This document shows positions 47,599-57,903 of a stretch of 64,000 nt of DNA, one piece after another; positions within the stretch are counted from its first letter, which is position 1, and every line of letters begins with the position of its first letter. Below the pieces are notes generated by a model. That model was not told the DNA's origin. It saw nothing but the letters and a program-made list of their open reading frames with translations, and did not search any database. The position numbers and the translations under genes were made by a program. Source of the stretch: Acidobacteriota bacterium (GTDB lineage: Bacteria > Acidobacteriota > CAIWXX01); the NCBI GenBank assembly GCA_040755995.1, contig JBFMAF010000010.1, positions 320,001 to 384,000 on the forward strand, read 5' to 3'.

Positions 47599-48812
47599 GG
47601 CATGTACTCCTTCGCCTCGTTCGAGTGCCCGCTCTCGTTGGGCGGCGTCGACTTGTCGACGGCGGTCACGACGTAATAGTACGTCTTCTTGGACTGTACG
47701 GTGGTGTCGAGGAATGTATTCTTCACGAGCCCCTCAGGCGAGATCAGTTCGAACTCGTCGCTGCTGCCCATGCGACGGTACACTCGGTAGCCGCCGAGGT
47801 CCTTCTCCTGGTTGGCGCTCCAGAGTAGGTTGACACCGCTCTTGGATGCCACCGCCACGACGTTCTGCGGCGGAGTCGGAGCGAACGTATCCTTCGGTTC
47901 CACCGTGATCTCGTCGCTTCGAGCCGTCTCCTGGTAAGGGCGATTGGCGGAGTTTACACCCTTGACAATGTACGTGTATTTCGAGCCGTAGGCGGCGCCG
48001 GCGTCTACGTACGGCGAGGTAGGAAATGGCACGCCGTTGATCGGATCGGCAGGGTAGTACTTCTCTTCGGCAAGCTTGCGGTAGATATTGTATCCCACGA
48101 TCGCGGGCGGTGTGGTGCCATCGATGTTGGTCGACGGCGCGGTCCAGGCGACGACCACACCGGTCTCCTGCACGAGTGACTTCAGATCCTTCGGCGCGTC
48201 CGCAAGGCGGATCATGTCGACGGTCACCCGATTGCTGAAGCCAGGGCCTCGATCTTTCTTGCCGAACGGTTGCACCGCATACGTGAACCGCTTGGTGAGC
48301 CCCCGCGGCGGCTGGAAGTTGGCGAGATCGTCAACATAGACCACGTAGTTGCCCTGCGTGAACTCGGAGAGCTTCTCGGCGGGGATGGAGTAGATGGACC
48401 CCGCACGGCTCGCAAAATCCTCCACGGTCACCTCAACGGGCGCCGCGCTCGCGCGCTCCGCGCGTGGAGCGGCCGGCTGGGTCTGCCCCGGCTGGCTCTG
48501 CGCCGCAGGCTGGCTCTGCGGTACCGGCGGCGGCTGGTCCTCCGTGAGCCTGTAGATCTCGATGCGGTTGAGGTCGGTCAGCGGCGTGCCGTCGTTGTTG
48601 GCGGTCGGCGCGCTGAAATACAGGACGAACTTGGTCCCCTCCTGCCGTACCACCAGGTCGCGCACCAGGGCCGGATAGATGACGAGCGGCGGCAGCGGAG
48701 CCGCCTTCTTGCCGCAATCTGCCAGGAATAGAAGGCACAATGCGAAAGGGAAAAGGGAAAAGGGAAAGCGGAAAGCGGAAAGGCGACGCGAAGAGGCTCC
48801 GCGGTTCTTCAC
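47595..48812 (-). CDS. Fibronectin type III domain lipoprotein
   Basis: GTG 48812 start inferred; LLFLADCGKKAAPLPP lipoprotein signature; GYNIYRK, GYRVYRR, YYYVVTAVD..NESGHS FN3 motifs. Confidence 0.82.
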   Translation of the reverse strand: MKNRGASSRRLSAFRFPFSLFPFALCLLFLADCGKKAAPLPPLVIYPALVRDLVVRQEGTKFVLYFSAPTANNDGTPLTDLNRIEIYRLTEDQPPPVPQSQPAAQSQPGQTQPAAPRAERASAAPVEVTVEDFASRAGSIYSIPAEKLSEFTQGNYVVYVDDLANFQPPRGLTKRFTYAVQPFGKKDRGPGFSNRVTVDMIRLADAPKDLKSLVQETGVVVAWTAPSTNIDGTTPPAIVGYNIYRKLAEEKYYPADPINGVPFPTSPYVDAGAAYGSKYTYIVKGVNSANRPYQETARSDEITVEPKDTFAPTPPQNVVAVASKSGVNLLWSANQEKDLGGYRVYRRMGSSDEFELISPEGLVKNTFLDTTVQSKKTYYYVVTAVDKSTPPNESGHSNEAKEYMP

Positions 48813-49022
48813 GCATGCAAGTTTCAGCCTGACTAACGAACGCTCCTCCGCCCTTTCCCCTTCATCCTCCGTTGGTCTCATTGGCAACCCCTCCATCCCG
48901 CTCGTCCCCTTACCCTTGTCCCTTTCCCGTTTTCCCTCTTCTCTCACCCTGATTGCCGATTGGTCCTCCGTCCGCGCCTCCCTGATCCCTTTCTCCTTGT
49001 ACCTTTGCCCTTGTCCCTTTTT
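48743..49022. repeat. 7-bp tandem repeats (AAAGGGA/AAAGCGG) followed by degenerate complementary CCCTTT-type repeats
   Basis: gaaagggaaaagggaaaagggaaagcggaaagcggaaaggcg .. ccctttccccttcatcc .. ccctttcccgttttccctc .. ccctttctccttgtacctttgcccttgtcccttt. Confidence 0.75.
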
Positions 49023-49023
49023 C

Positions 49024-50454
49024 TCACAGGATGAAGCGGCTGAGGTCCTGGTCTTGAACGATGCTGTCCAGCATCCTGCGCACGTAGGCCTTGTCTATGT
49101 CAACCTTCTTCTCAGGAAGATCGCTGCCCTCGAAGGAGACTTCGTCCAGCAGCCTTTCCATCACGGTCTGCAGCCTCCTGGCGCCGATGTTCTCCGTCGT
49201 CTCGTTGACGCGAAACGCGATCTCAGCGATCTCCTCCAGCGCATCCGGCGTGAATTCGATGGAGACGTCCTCGGTAGACATCAGTGCCTGGTACTGCCGG
49301 GTCAGTGCGTTCTGCGGTTCGGTGAGGATTCGAACGAAGTCGTCCTTGGTGAGCGAGTCCAGTTCGACACGGATCGGAAATCGCCCCTGCAGCTCAGGGA
49401 TGAGGTCCGAAGGCTTGCTCACATGGAACGCCCCAGCCGCGATGAAGAGAACGTGATCGGTGCGGACGATCCCGTACTTCGTGTTGACCGATGTCCCTTC
49501 GATGATCGGGAGCAGGTCTCGCTGGACTCCTTCGCGGCTGACGTCGGGCCCGCGGCCCGACTCGCGCCCCGCGATCTTGTCGATTTCGTCGACGAAGATG
49601 ATGCCTGACTGCTCGGCGCGTTCGATCGCTGTGCGCGCCAGCTGTTCGTTGTCGATCAGCCTCTGCTCCTCTTCGTGCGTCAGATGCGCCAGCGCCTCCC
49701 TCACCTTCATCCTTCGGCGCTTCGTCTTCCCTGCGAACAGGGTCGGGATCATGTCCTGAAGATTGCTGACCATCTCCTCGACACCGCTCCCGCTGTACAC
49801 CTCGAAGTGGAACGGTGAGCCTTTCTCCCGCGTCTCCACCTCGACCGCCCGGTCATCCAACTTGCCGTCGCGCAGGAGCATCCGAAGGCGCTCCCTGGTC
49901 TCCCTGAACTTGAGCTGCTCGTCTGCCGGGCTTTCAGACGGCATAGGGCCGGTGGCATCGCGGGGGGTGGGTGCCTTGAGCGGAGGGAGCAGAAGATCGA
50001 GCAGCCGGTCCTCGGCGTTCTGAATCGCCTTGCCGCGCACCTCGGCGAGTTTCTCCGACCGAACCATCTCCACCGAGATCTCCACCAGGTCGCGCACCAT
50101 GCTGTCGACGTCGCGGCCCACGTACCCGACCTCCGTGAACTTCGACGCCTCTACCTTCAGAAACGGCGAGGACGCCAGCCGGGCAAGGCGACGCGCGATC
50201 TCGGTTTTGCCCACCCCCGTCGGCCCTATCATGAGCATGTTCTTGGGCGGAATCTCATCGGCTACCTCGGGCGGCAGCTTCTGCCGCCGGATCCGATTGC
50301 GCAAGGCGACGGCCACTGCTCGCTTGGCCTTCGCCTGCCCGACGATGTACCGGTCAAGCTCCTGCACCACCCGCTTCGGCGTCAGCTCACCCCCGCGAGG
50401 CTCCGGAGGCCCGACGACCTCCTGCCGGTCACCCGAGGTCATGTAGTAGACCAT
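49024..50454 (-). CDS. hslU: ATP-dependent protease ATPase subunit HslU
   Basis: [69 protein letters not shown]. Confidence 0.98.
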   Translation of the reverse strand: MVYYMTSGDRQEVVGPPEPRGGELTPKRVVQELDRYIVGQAKAKRAVAVALRNRIRRQKLPPEVADEIPPKNMLMIGPTGVGKTEIARRLARLASSPFLKVEASKFTEVGYVGRDVDSMVRDLVEISVEMVRSEKLAEVRGKAIQNAEDRLLDLLLPPLKAPTPRDATGPMPSESPADEQLKFRETRERLRMLLRDGKLDDRAVEVETREKGSPFHFEVYSGSGVEEMVSNLQDMIPTLFAGKTKRRRMKVREALAHLTHEEEQRLIDNEQLARTAIERAEQSGIIFVDEIDKIAGRESGRGPDVSREGVQRDLLPIIEGTSVNTKYGIVRTDHVLFIAAGAFHVSKPSDLIPELQGRFPIRVELDSLTKDDFVRILTEPQNALTRQYQALMSTEDVSIEFTPDALEEIAEIAFRVNETTENIGARRLQTVMERLLDEVSFEGSDLPEKKVDIDKAYVRRMLDSIVQDQDLSRFIL

Positions 50455-50611
50455 AGCCGTGCCGCCTATCGACGCACTCGACAAGGAGCATTGGAAGCCG
50501 AACCCAGCCGGTTCTCCGAGTTCCGGTGTCTGCGCGTCCCCGCGTCTTCTCAATCACCACACCACCGCGTCCTATGCATGCCCGAGAGCCCGCAACAAGT
50601 CCATTGTGAGG

Positions 50612-51148
50612 TTAGAGTTCTTCGACGACGATTTGGTTGTTGGTGTAAATGCAGATGTCGGAAGCGATGCGAAGGGCCTCTAAGGCGATCTCGCGCGCGG
50701 TGAGCTGCGAGTGCTGGACCAGGGCTCTGGCTGCCGCCAGAGCGATCGGGCCCCCCGAGCCGATCGCCAGGACCTCGTCGTCGGGCTCGATCAGATCGCC
50801 GTTGCCGGAGAGCAGGAAGGAGTTCTTGTCGTCGACGACGATGAGCAGTGCCTCGAGCCTGCGCAGGGCCTTGTCCATTCGCCAGTCTTTGGCCAGTTCC
50901 ACCACAGCGCGCCCCAGGTTGCCTCGGAACTCCTCGAGCTTCGCCTCGAACCGCGCGAAAAGGGCGAACGAATCGCTGGCGGATCCGGCGAAGCCGGCGA
51001 GTATCTTGTTCTGATAGAGGCGGCGTATTTTGCGCGCCTTGTGCTTGACGACGGTCTGTCCGAGTGTCACCTGGCCGTCGCCGGCCATCGCGACGCGCCC
51101 GCCGTGGCGGACGCAGACAATCGTGGTTGAATGTACTCTCTCACTCAT
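50612..51148 (-). CDS. hslV: ATP-dependent protease subunit HslV
   Basis: [32 protein letters not shown]. Confidence 0.98.
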   Translation of the reverse strand: MSERVHSTTIVCVRHGGRVAMAGDGQVTLGQTVVKHKARKIRRLYQNKILAGFAGSASDSFALFARFEAKLEEFRGNLGRAVVELAKDWRMDKALRRLEALLIVVDDKNSFLLSGNGDLIEPDDEVLAIGSGGPIALAAARALVQHSQLTAREIALEALRIASDICIYTNNQIVVEEL

Positions 51149-51170
51149 CGCAGTGCTCGCGAACCAATCG

Positions 51171-51199
51171 ATTCTATGGTCCGTGCCCTGGCAAGTCAA
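51171..51199 (-). promoter_or_regulatory. sigma70 promoter for hslVU
   Basis: TTGACT-17 bp-TAGAAT. Confidence 0.7.
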
Positions 51200-51233
51200 A
51201 CCGCCGGCGCCCAGAGAACCTGGACTCGAGATC

Positions 51234-53801
51234 TCACTGTGCCCAGTAGATGAATCCGGGCTGGAAGGGGGTGACGAGGTCCCGGTGGTTGGGGAGCACG
51301 CGCAGGGAGTAGCCGCGCTGGCCCGTAGTGTCGAGCGGGATCTCGCCGGCGAACTCGTAGATGCCCAGCTTGCTGTCCGGGTCGGTGGGTGCCATGAGCG
51401 TGGCCTTCCCGCTGCAAATGCGGCCGTCTTCGTCGAGTCTCCCCTCGTAGATCTCGATGCGGACGTCCCTGGGACTGATCTCGCCCAGGAACACCTTGGC
51501 GGTCACGCGCAGTCGCGTTCCGATCGGAGCTTCCACGGGGCGGTCGCCATCGACCTCGATGACCTTGATGGCGTGCCAGTGCCGGCTGAGGATCGAGCGC
51601 CACTTCGCAAGCTCCCGGGCCCGGCGCAGGCCGTCGGCTGTGAGCTGTAGCTGCTCGGTGGAGGCCGGTGCGTAGAAAACGCTGCAGTAATCCTGAACCA
51701 TCCTATGTGAGTTGAACACGGGCACGAGGGTCCGCAGCGACGTGCGCATCATGGCGGTCCAGCCCCTCGGTACGCCGTCCTTGCCGCGATCGTAGAACAG
51801 CGGCACCACCTCTTTTTCGAGCAGGTCGTAGATGACGTTGCCCTCGATGTCGTCCTGCAGCTCGTCGTCCGAGTATTTCTCGGCGTTTCCTATGGACCAC
51901 CCCGCGCCCTCTCGCGCAGCCTCGTCCCACCACCCGTCGCGCGTGCTCATGTTGAGGCCGCAGTTCATCGCGGCTTTCATGCCGCTGGTGCCGCAGGCCT
52001 CGAGCGGGCGGCGCGGTGTGTTGAGCCAGACGTCGCAGCCCTGCACCATGTAGTGGGCCACGGCCTCGTCGTAGTCCTCGACGAACACCAGCCGCCTGCG
52101 CAGATTCCGCTCTCTGGTGATCTTGATGAGCTTTCGGATGAGCTCCTTGCCCGGAGTATCCTTCGGGTGGGCCTTGCCGGCCACGATGACCTGGACCGGA
52201 AATTCGCGATTGTCCAGAATCGCTTGCAGGCGCTCGGGGTCTCGGAACAACAGCGCGCCGCGCTTGTAGGTGGCGAAGCGGCGGGCGAAACCGATGGTGA
52301 GGGCGTGCGGATCGAGCACCTCCATCGCCTCATTCACCTCGTAGTTCGGCGCGGCTCGGGCCATGAGCTGCACTCGCAGCCGCCTGCGCGCGAAGGCGAC
52401 AAGCCGTTCGCGCCGCCGCTCGTGCGTGCGCCAGATCTCTTCGTGCGGGATCTCGTCGACCCTGGACCACACCGCCGAATCCGACGGCTGTTCGCTCCAG
52501 TGCGGCCCGAGGTAGTTGTCGTAGAGCCCGTTCATGTCATGGGAGATCCAACTGGCCGGATGCACGCCGTTTGTGACGGCCCGGATGGGCACTTCATCGA
52601 CTGGAACGCCCGGCCAGAGCTCTCTCCACATCTCACGCGAGACGGAGGCGTGGAGTTTGCTCACTCCGTTGTGCCGCGTACTGAAGCGCAGGGCCAGGAC
52701 GGCCATGTTCAGCGGTGCCGGGATCTCCTGAGCCTTGGGCCTGCGCCCCAGCTCCATGAGCTCCGCGACGCCGAGCCCGAAGGACCTGCAGTAGGGACCG
52801 AGGTATTTCTCGATCATTCCTGCGTCGAACATGTCTATGCCGGCCGGCACCGGGGTGTGGGTGGTGAAGACGGAGCCGGCAGAGGCTGCTTCGCGCGCCT
52901 CCGCAAACGAAGCGCCGGTGGATGCCATGTTCATTCGTGTCCATTCCAGGCCGAGGAAGGCCGCATGGCCTTCGTTCATGTGGCACACGGTGGGGTTCTT
53001 GCCGACGGCCGACAGAGCGCGCATGCCGCCGATGCCCAGCACGATCTCCTGTTGGATGCGCGTCTGGGCGTCGCCGCCGTAGAGCTCGTCGGTGATGTCG
53101 CGGTGGGCCGGCTCGTTCGGGGGAATGTTGGTATCGAGAAGCAGGAGAGGCACTCGGCCGACCTGGGCCTTCCATACGCGCGCGTAGACACGCTTTTCCC
53201 CGATCAGCACGTCCACCTTGAGCGGGTTCCCGTCCGCATCCCGCTCGACCTTGACCGGCATTCTGGAGAAGTCGTTGACCGGGTACATCTCCTGTTGCCA
53301 TCCCTCGTTATTGAGGTACTGTCTGAAGTAGCCCTTCTGATAGAGCAGGCCGACAGCGACCAGCGGCAGGCCGAGGTCGCTGGCCGATTTCAGGTGATCG
53401 CCGGCCAGGACGCCGAGGCCGCCGGAGTAGATCGGCAGGCCCTCGCTCAGGCCAAACTCCGCCGAGAAATACGCGACCAGCATGTCCTGCGGCCTGTCGG
53501 GGAGATTCGAGAACCAGGTGTCCTTGGCAGCCATGTAGCTGCTGAAGTTCTCCCAGACCCGGTCCAGGTTCGCGAGGAAGCCGCGGTCTTTGGCGGCCGC
53601 GTCGAGCTTCGCCTGCGAGATGGTCGCGAGCAGCCTGACGGGATTCCGCCCGCTCTCATTCCAGACGACGTTGTCGAGCCTGCGAAAAAGCTCGATGGTC
53701 GGGTAGTGCCAGCTCCAGCGCATGTTGTATGCAAGCTCGCTCAGGCAAGCCAACGGCTCAGGCAATCGCGGGACCACGCTGTAAACGCGAATCGGATTCA
53801 C
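51234..53801 (-). CDS. glgP: Alpha-glucan (glycogen/maltodextrin) phosphorylase
   Basis: [59 protein letters not shown] start after GGAGGAG. Confidence 0.97.
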   Translation of the reverse strand: MNPIRVYSVVPRLPEPLACLSELAYNMRWSWHYPTIELFRRLDNVVWNESGRNPVRLLATISQAKLDAAAKDRGFLANLDRVWENFSSYMAAKDTWFSNLPDRPQDMLVAYFSAEFGLSEGLPIYSGGLGVLAGDHLKSASDLGLPLVAVGLLYQKGYFRQYLNNEGWQQEMYPVNDFSRMPVKVERDADGNPLKVDVLIGEKRVYARVWKAQVGRVPLLLLDTNIPPNEPAHRDITDELYGGDAQTRIQQEIVLGIGGMRALSAVGKNPTVCHMNEGHAAFLGLEWTRMNMASTGASFAEAREAASAGSVFTTHTPVPAGIDMFDAGMIEKYLGPYCRSFGLGVAELMELGRRPKAQEIPAPLNMAVLALRFSTRHNGVSKLHASVSREMWRELWPGVPVDEVPIRAVTNGVHPASWISHDMNGLYDNYLGPHWSEQPSDSAVWSRVDEIPHEEIWRTHERRRERLVAFARRRLRVQLMARAAPNYEVNEAMEVLDPHALTIGFARRFATYKRGALLFRDPERLQAILDNREFPVQVIVAGKAHPKDTPGKELIRKLIKITRERNLRRRLVFVEDYDEAVAHYMVQGCDVWLNTPRRPLEACGTSGMKAAMNCGLNMSTRDGWWDEAAREGAGWSIGNAEKYSDDELQDDIEGNVIYDLLEKEVVPLFYDRGKDGVPRGWTAMMRTSLRTLVPVFNSHRMVQDYCSVFYAPASTEQLQLTADGLRRARELAKWRSILSRHWHAIKVIEVDGDRPVEAPIGTRLRVTAKVFLGEISPRDVRIEIYEGRLDEDGRICSGKATLMAPTDPDSKLGIYEFAGEIPLDTTGQRGYSLRVLPNHRDLVTPFQPGFIYWAQ

Positions 53802-53857
53802 TTGCTCCTCCTCCACACGAGACAACCCACCATTCTAACATATCCCCGCCAAATCGA

Positions 53858-53948
53858 AAGTTGACAGTTGTCGGTTGATAGTTGTCAGTGAATGGGCGGA
53901 AAATCACAGTTCGTGGCCCGTCTCCCGTCTGTCAACTGGCATCTGACC
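53858..53948. repeat. CAGTTGT/GTTGACA 7-bp repeats with a downstream complementary copy
   Basis: agttgacagttgtcggttgatagttgtcagt .. ctgtcaactggcatctgacc. Confidence 0.6.
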
Positions 53949-53992
53949 AGAGCGCCTTGCATCGCAGCCTGATCCTCGTTCAGAATAGGCGC

Positions 53993-54514
53993 ATGGGCTG
54001 GATGACGCTGGTTCTGTTGTGGGCGGGTAGCGCCGGCCAGCTGGTGCTGGACCGCGAGTACCTGCCCAAAGCCGCCGAGCTGATCGGGGCGGCGCGCAAG
54101 AGCGTCGTCGTCTGCATGTTCATGTGGACGGAGGGCGAAGGAGTCGGGGAGATCGAGCGATGCCTTGGAGCCGCCGTGAAGCGCGGGGTGGCAGTGGAGG
54201 TCCTGCTCGAACAGTCCGACGATCGCAACGATGAGGTCACAGAGGGGAATCGGAAGGCTGCGTCGAGGCTCAGATCGCATGGGGTCCAGGTCGCATTCGA
54301 CTGCCCCGACCGGCGCACTCACATCAAGGCGATCATCGTGGACTCTCGTACAATCTTGCTGGGCAGCCACAATTTGACCTACTCGGCGTTACGCAACAAC
54401 AACGAGGTCTCGGTGGCGATCGAGAGCCCCGAGATGGCCGTCAAACTCGAAAATCGCATCAGAGAACTGAGGGAGGACGTGTGTTCAAAGCAAGAGCAGT
54501 CGCGATCACGTTGA
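53993..54514 (+). CDS. Phospholipase D-like protein with a single HKD motif
   Basis: HIKAIIVD..LGSHNLT..NNE; hydrophobic N-terminus. Confidence 0.85.
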   Translation: MGWMTLVLLWAGSAGQLVLDREYLPKAAELIGAARKSVVVCMFMWTEGEGVGEIERCLGAAVKRGVAVEVLLEQSDDRNDEVTEGNRKAASRLRSHGVQVAFDCPDRRTHIKAIIVDSRTILLGSHNLTYSALRNNNEVSVAIESPEMAVKLENRIRELREDVCSKQEQSRSR

Positions 54515-55134
54515 CGTGTCTTCTGGCCGGTATCGGCTGCAGCAAGAAAAGTACCGACGAGGGCGCTCCGTCGACTCCCGCCGAGCCTCAGCAGGCGGCA
54601 CCGCAGCAGCAGTCGCCGCAGCCCGGCAATCCGATGGAGGCGATTCAACAGATGGGCCAGGCTATGCAGCAGATGCAGCAGGGCGATATGAAGCCGGTCC
54701 CGCCGATCGACTTCCACAAGCTCAAGGATGCACTGCCGAACCTGGACGGCTGGACGCGAGAGGAACCGAAGGGGGAGTCGGCGACCTTCGGCCAGTGGAG
54801 CTACTCTGACGCGTCGACGACGTATACCAAAGGAGAGTCGAGGCTCGACTGCAAGATCTTCGACTACGCCCACATCCACGCAATGTATGCGCCGTTCATG
54901 CTGATGTTCGCCGGGAACTTCTCCCACGAAACCGACGACGGCTACGAGAAATCAGTCACCGTCGGCGGAAACCCCGGCTTCGAGCGGTGGGAGAAGGGGA
55001 ACAAGTCCGGCGAACTGACGCTGTGGATCGGCAAGCGGTTGATCGTGACTGTCGAGGGTGAGAAGATCCCCGATACGTCGGTATTGCAGGAGCTAGCCAA
55101 GGCCGTCGATTACAGCAAGATCGGCCCGCTGTAG
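54481..55134 (+). CDS. Hypothetical lipoprotein
   Basis: GGGAGG SD, lipobox-like GIGC, Q/M-rich linker. Confidence 0.85.
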   Translation: MFKARAVAITLTCLLAGIGCSKKSTDEGAPSTPAEPQQAAPQQQSPQPGNPMEAIQQMGQAMQQMQQGDMKPVPPIDFHKLKDALPNLDGWTREEPKGESATFGQWSYSDASTTYTKGESRLDCKIFDYAHIHAMYAPFMLMFAGNFSHETDDGYEKSVTVGGNPGFERWEKGNKSGELTLWIGKRLIVTVEGEKIPDTSVLQELAKAVDYSKIGPL

Positions 55135-55207
55135 GGGCGGCCCTTGTGGCCGCCCTGCTGCTAGACCAACGCAACATGCAACGTGCGGGCGGCCCCGGTG
55201 GCCGCCC
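55131..55207 (+). repeat. Two tandem GTAG-type REP palindromes; the first overlaps the stop codon
   Basis: GTAG GGGCGGCCCTTGTGGCCGCCC (55131-55155) and GTGC GGGCGGCCCCGGTGGCCGCCC (55183-55207). Confidence 0.75.
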
Positions 55208-55221
55208 TGGCGCGACGCAGA

Positions 55222-55899
55222 ATGAAGATCGCATCCCGGTCTCACAGGCAGGCGAAGGGGAGATTGCGAGGTCTGCTCGCGGCTCGCGACCATCCGCAGC
55301 TTCTTGCCTGGGCCGCAGGGGACCCGGGCGTCATGGGCCTGTTGACCTCTTTGCTATTCGAACCGGACGAGCTGATCGTCTGGCGGGCGATTGAGGGGCT
55401 GGGGAAGGCAGCCGGGTTGAGGGCCGAGAGCGACCTGGAGAGTGTGCGAGACCTGCTGCGGCGGTTCATCTGGGCAATGAACGACGAATCGGGCAGCCTG
55501 ATCTGGCGCGCGCCTGAGGCCATGGGAGAGACGTTGGCAAACGTGACGGCGCTCGTCGGCGAATACGGCACGATCCTGGCGTCGTATCTGCGGGAGGAGC
55601 CCTTTGAGCGCGGCGTGCATTGGGCGATCGCGCGCATTGCCGGGCTGGCTCCCGCTACAATCGCGGAGAGCCTTAACGAGCTGGTACGCTCTTTGAGCAT
55701 GGCCGATCCATATCTCCGAGCCCACGCCGGCATCGCATTGGCGACCCTCGGCGCGAAGAGGCCCGCCCTGGCACTCCTTCGCCTGGCACATGACCCGGCA
55801 CAGCTCACGGTCTACGACTTCACATCCGGCCTGCTCCGAACGAGCACGGTCGGGCGGGAGGTGCAGGGAGCGCTGAGCCAAAGCGACGGAAGATCGTAG
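55222..55899 (+). CDS. HEAT-repeat protein (DVU0298-like)
   Basis: WRAIEGLG..RRFIWAMNDESG..W.APEAMGE. Confidence 0.75.
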   Translation: MKIASRSHRQAKGRLRGLLAARDHPQLLAWAAGDPGVMGLLTSLLFEPDELIVWRAIEGLGKAAGLRAESDLESVRDLLRRFIWAMNDESGSLIWRAPEAMGETLANVTALVGEYGTILASYLREEPFERGVHWAIARIAGLAPATIAESLNELVRSLSMADPYLRAHAGIALATLGAKRPALALLRLAHDPAQLTVYDFTSGLLRTSTVGREVQGALSQSDGRS

Positions 55900-56010
55900 G
55901 CGATTCGATCACGGCCCCGACTGCGACAACCATTGTGCCTGCACCTTGCTTGCGACCGGACTACCGCCAATCCGCTCACTCCCGCGTCCACGCGTCCACG
56001 CGCATTTCGC

Positions 56011-56040
56011 TTGACTTTGGCAGTGCAGAGCGTGTAGTGT
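56011..56040 (+). promoter_or_regulatory. Probable sigma70 promoter for citrate synthase
   Basis: TTGACT-18 bp-TAGTGT. Confidence 0.5.
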
Positions 56041-56043
56041 GAA

Positions 56044-56223
56044 GGTCTCTTTTCGGAGTCTCGTGAGAAAAGGAAGACCAGCCAGGCGTCATTTGGGAGG
56101 ATGTTTGGGTTGGTCGTGGGGACCTGTCGGGTGAGGCAGCACTACCTTGACCAGACCAGCCTCGTCTTGGAGTCCGGCCGGTCCCGTGGGCCTTATGAAT
56201 CGTATTTTATTTAGGAGGAACTA
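56044..56223 (+). ncRNA. Candidate structured 5' leader of citrate synthase (unassigned family)
   Basis: Several GU-containing hairpins and mutually exclusive pairings (see findings). Confidence 0.4.
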
Positions 56224-57504
56224 ATGAGCAAACTGAAGGAAGCGTTGGCCAAATCGATCCCCGCCATGAGGAACGACATCAAGGCGTTCTTGAAGGATCA
56301 CGGGGAGAAGATCATCGACCAGGTCAGCATCGGCGCCGTGTACGGCGGCATGCGCGGGCTCAAGGTCATGGTGTGCGACACATCCGAAGTGCCGCCGGAC
56401 AAGGGGCTGATCATCCGCGGCATCCCGATCAAGGACCTGTCGAACAAGCTGCCCGAGGAGATCCTCTGGCTGCTGCTCGTCGGCACCTTGCCGACTCCCG
56501 AGGAGACGAAGGACCTGCAAGACGACCTGAGAGCGCGGGCGAAGAGCGTCCCAGAGTACGTATTCAAGGTGCTGGACGCCATGCCGGCAGACTCGCACCC
56601 GATGTGCATGCTCGACACAGGCATCCTGGTGCTCGAGCGCGAGTCCGAGTTCCGGAAGAAATATGACGAAGGCATGAAGAAAGACGCCTACTGGGAACCG
56701 ACGCTGGAGGACACGTTGAACCTGCTGGCGTGGATGCCCGAGGTCGCCGCCTACATCTACCGGAAGCGCTTCAACAAGGGCCCGCGTGTCGCCGCCGACC
56801 CGAATCTCGATTGGGCCGGCAACTACGCCCACATGCTCGGCATCCCGGATCCGACCGGTGAGCTGAAGAACCTGATGCGCCTCTACATGGTGCTGCACAG
56901 CGACCACGAAGGCGGCAACGTGTCGGCGCACACGGCCCACTGCATCGCATCCGCGCTGTCCGACGTTTACTACGCCGTCTCCGGCGGTCTCAACGGCCTC
57001 GCCGGCCCGCTCCACGGCCTCGCCAACCAGGAGTGCCTGGCATGGGTCCTCGAAACCATCGAGAAGTTCCACGGCGCGCCAAGCGAGGAGCAGCTCGCGA
57101 AGTACGCTCAGGAAACGCTCGACTCCGGCAAGGTCGTCCCGGGCTATGGCCATGCGGTTCTCCGCATCACCGACCCGCGTTTCGATGCATTTCTCGCATT
57201 CGGCGCACGCGTCTGCCCGAACGACCCGACCTACCAGACCGTCGCCCGCGTGTTCAACGTGGTGCCGGAAGTTCTGAAAAAGATCCAGAAAATCAAGGAT
57301 CCGTGGCCCAACGTCGACGCGGCATCCGGCTGCCTCCTCTACCACTTCGGCATGACCGAGTTTAGCTACTACACCGTGCTGTTCTCGATCTCCCGTACCA
57401 TGGGGCTCTGCTCGCAGGCCGTCATCGGCCGCGGATGGGGCGAGCCGATCGAGCGACCGAAGTCAATGCCCACTCCCTGGTTCAAGGCACAGGCCGCGAA
57501 GTAG
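56224..57504 (+). CDS. gltA: Citrate (Si)-synthase, eukaryotic type
   Basis: VYGGMRG, HSDHEGGNVSAH, NGLAGPLHGLANQE, VPGYGHAVLR.TDPR, WPNVDAASG, IERPKS. Confidence 0.96.
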   Translation: MSKLKEALAKSIPAMRNDIKAFLKDHGEKIIDQVSIGAVYGGMRGLKVMVCDTSEVPPDKGLIIRGIPIKDLSNKLPEEILWLLLVGTLPTPEETKDLQDDLRARAKSVPEYVFKVLDAMPADSHPMCMLDTGILVLERESEFRKKYDEGMKKDAYWEPTLEDTLNLLAWMPEVAAYIYRKRFNKGPRVAADPNLDWAGNYAHMLGIPDPTGELKNLMRLYMVLHSDHEGGNVSAHTAHCIASALSDVYYAVSGGLNGLAGPLHGLANQECLAWVLETIEKFHGAPSEEQLAKYAQETLDSGKVVPGYGHAVLRITDPRFDAFLAFGARVCPNDPTYQTVARVFNVVPEVLKKIQKIKDPWPNVDAASGCLLYHFGMTEFSYYTVLFSISRTMGLCSQAVIGRGWGEPIERPKSMPTPWFKAQAAK

Positions 57505-57524
57505 GCAAACAGGTTCGTCAATCC

Positions 57525-57557
57525 GAGAGGCGGGGCCGCGGCCCCGCCTTTCGTCTT
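57525..57557 (+). terminator. Rho-independent terminator after citrate synthase
   Basis: GAGAGGCGGGGCC-GC-GGCCCCGCCTTTC followed by GTCTT. Confidence 0.7.
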
Positions 57558-57903
57558 GTGCCCCGACTCCGGCGCGGTGTGTCTCGATTGTCTGCGCCGT
57601 CCAGAGCACTCGATGCGCCCCCGGGCGAACATACATCGCGTCATAAGTCCACGACGGGCTCCGCGAGTCGGCGTAGTGTGCGAGGCGCTGCATAGCAGAT
57701 CTGCCGGTCGTCTCACGAGTCTCCTGCCTGTACCCCGCCCAATATCCCCGGTCTCAGCGTGTTTGCACGCGTGCGGTCCGTTCGGCAAGCCGGAAACCAC
57801 ACGGAGCGGGTGCAGGTTGAAGCCTCCGGCTGACGTGCGCTAGATTGGTGCGATGAGACCCCGTCCCCCCGCGGTCCTGGTTCCGGCTGCCCGCCGGCGC
57901 AAC

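Noticed and set aside
48813..48947. N-terminal extensions in the ORF track (also tlyA 20229, hslU 50553, tal 47179, kelch 30824, 14165)
   Set aside because: They run through repeat tracts or upstream genes; downstream starts have SD sequences or match the family N-termini.
17668..53864. Long antisense or alternative-frame ORFs (for example 17668..18873, 22348..24096, 33459..34922, 35283..36821, 45437..46945, 52053..53864)
   Set aside because: Shadow ORFs of well-supported genes, as expected in high-GC DNA; Arg/Pro/Ala-rich with no motifs.
56120..56150. SRP RNA or a known riboswitch in the citrate synthase leader
   Set aside because: It lacks the SRP GGAA-tetraloop domain IV consensus and the TPP, SAM, FMN, cobalamin, glycine and c-di-GMP cores as far as I can see by eye.
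57558..57900. Hidden gene or ncRNA in the ~340-bp gap before the ECF operon
   Set aside because: No convincing ORF or structure; only one degenerate REP-like hairpin near 57812-57835.
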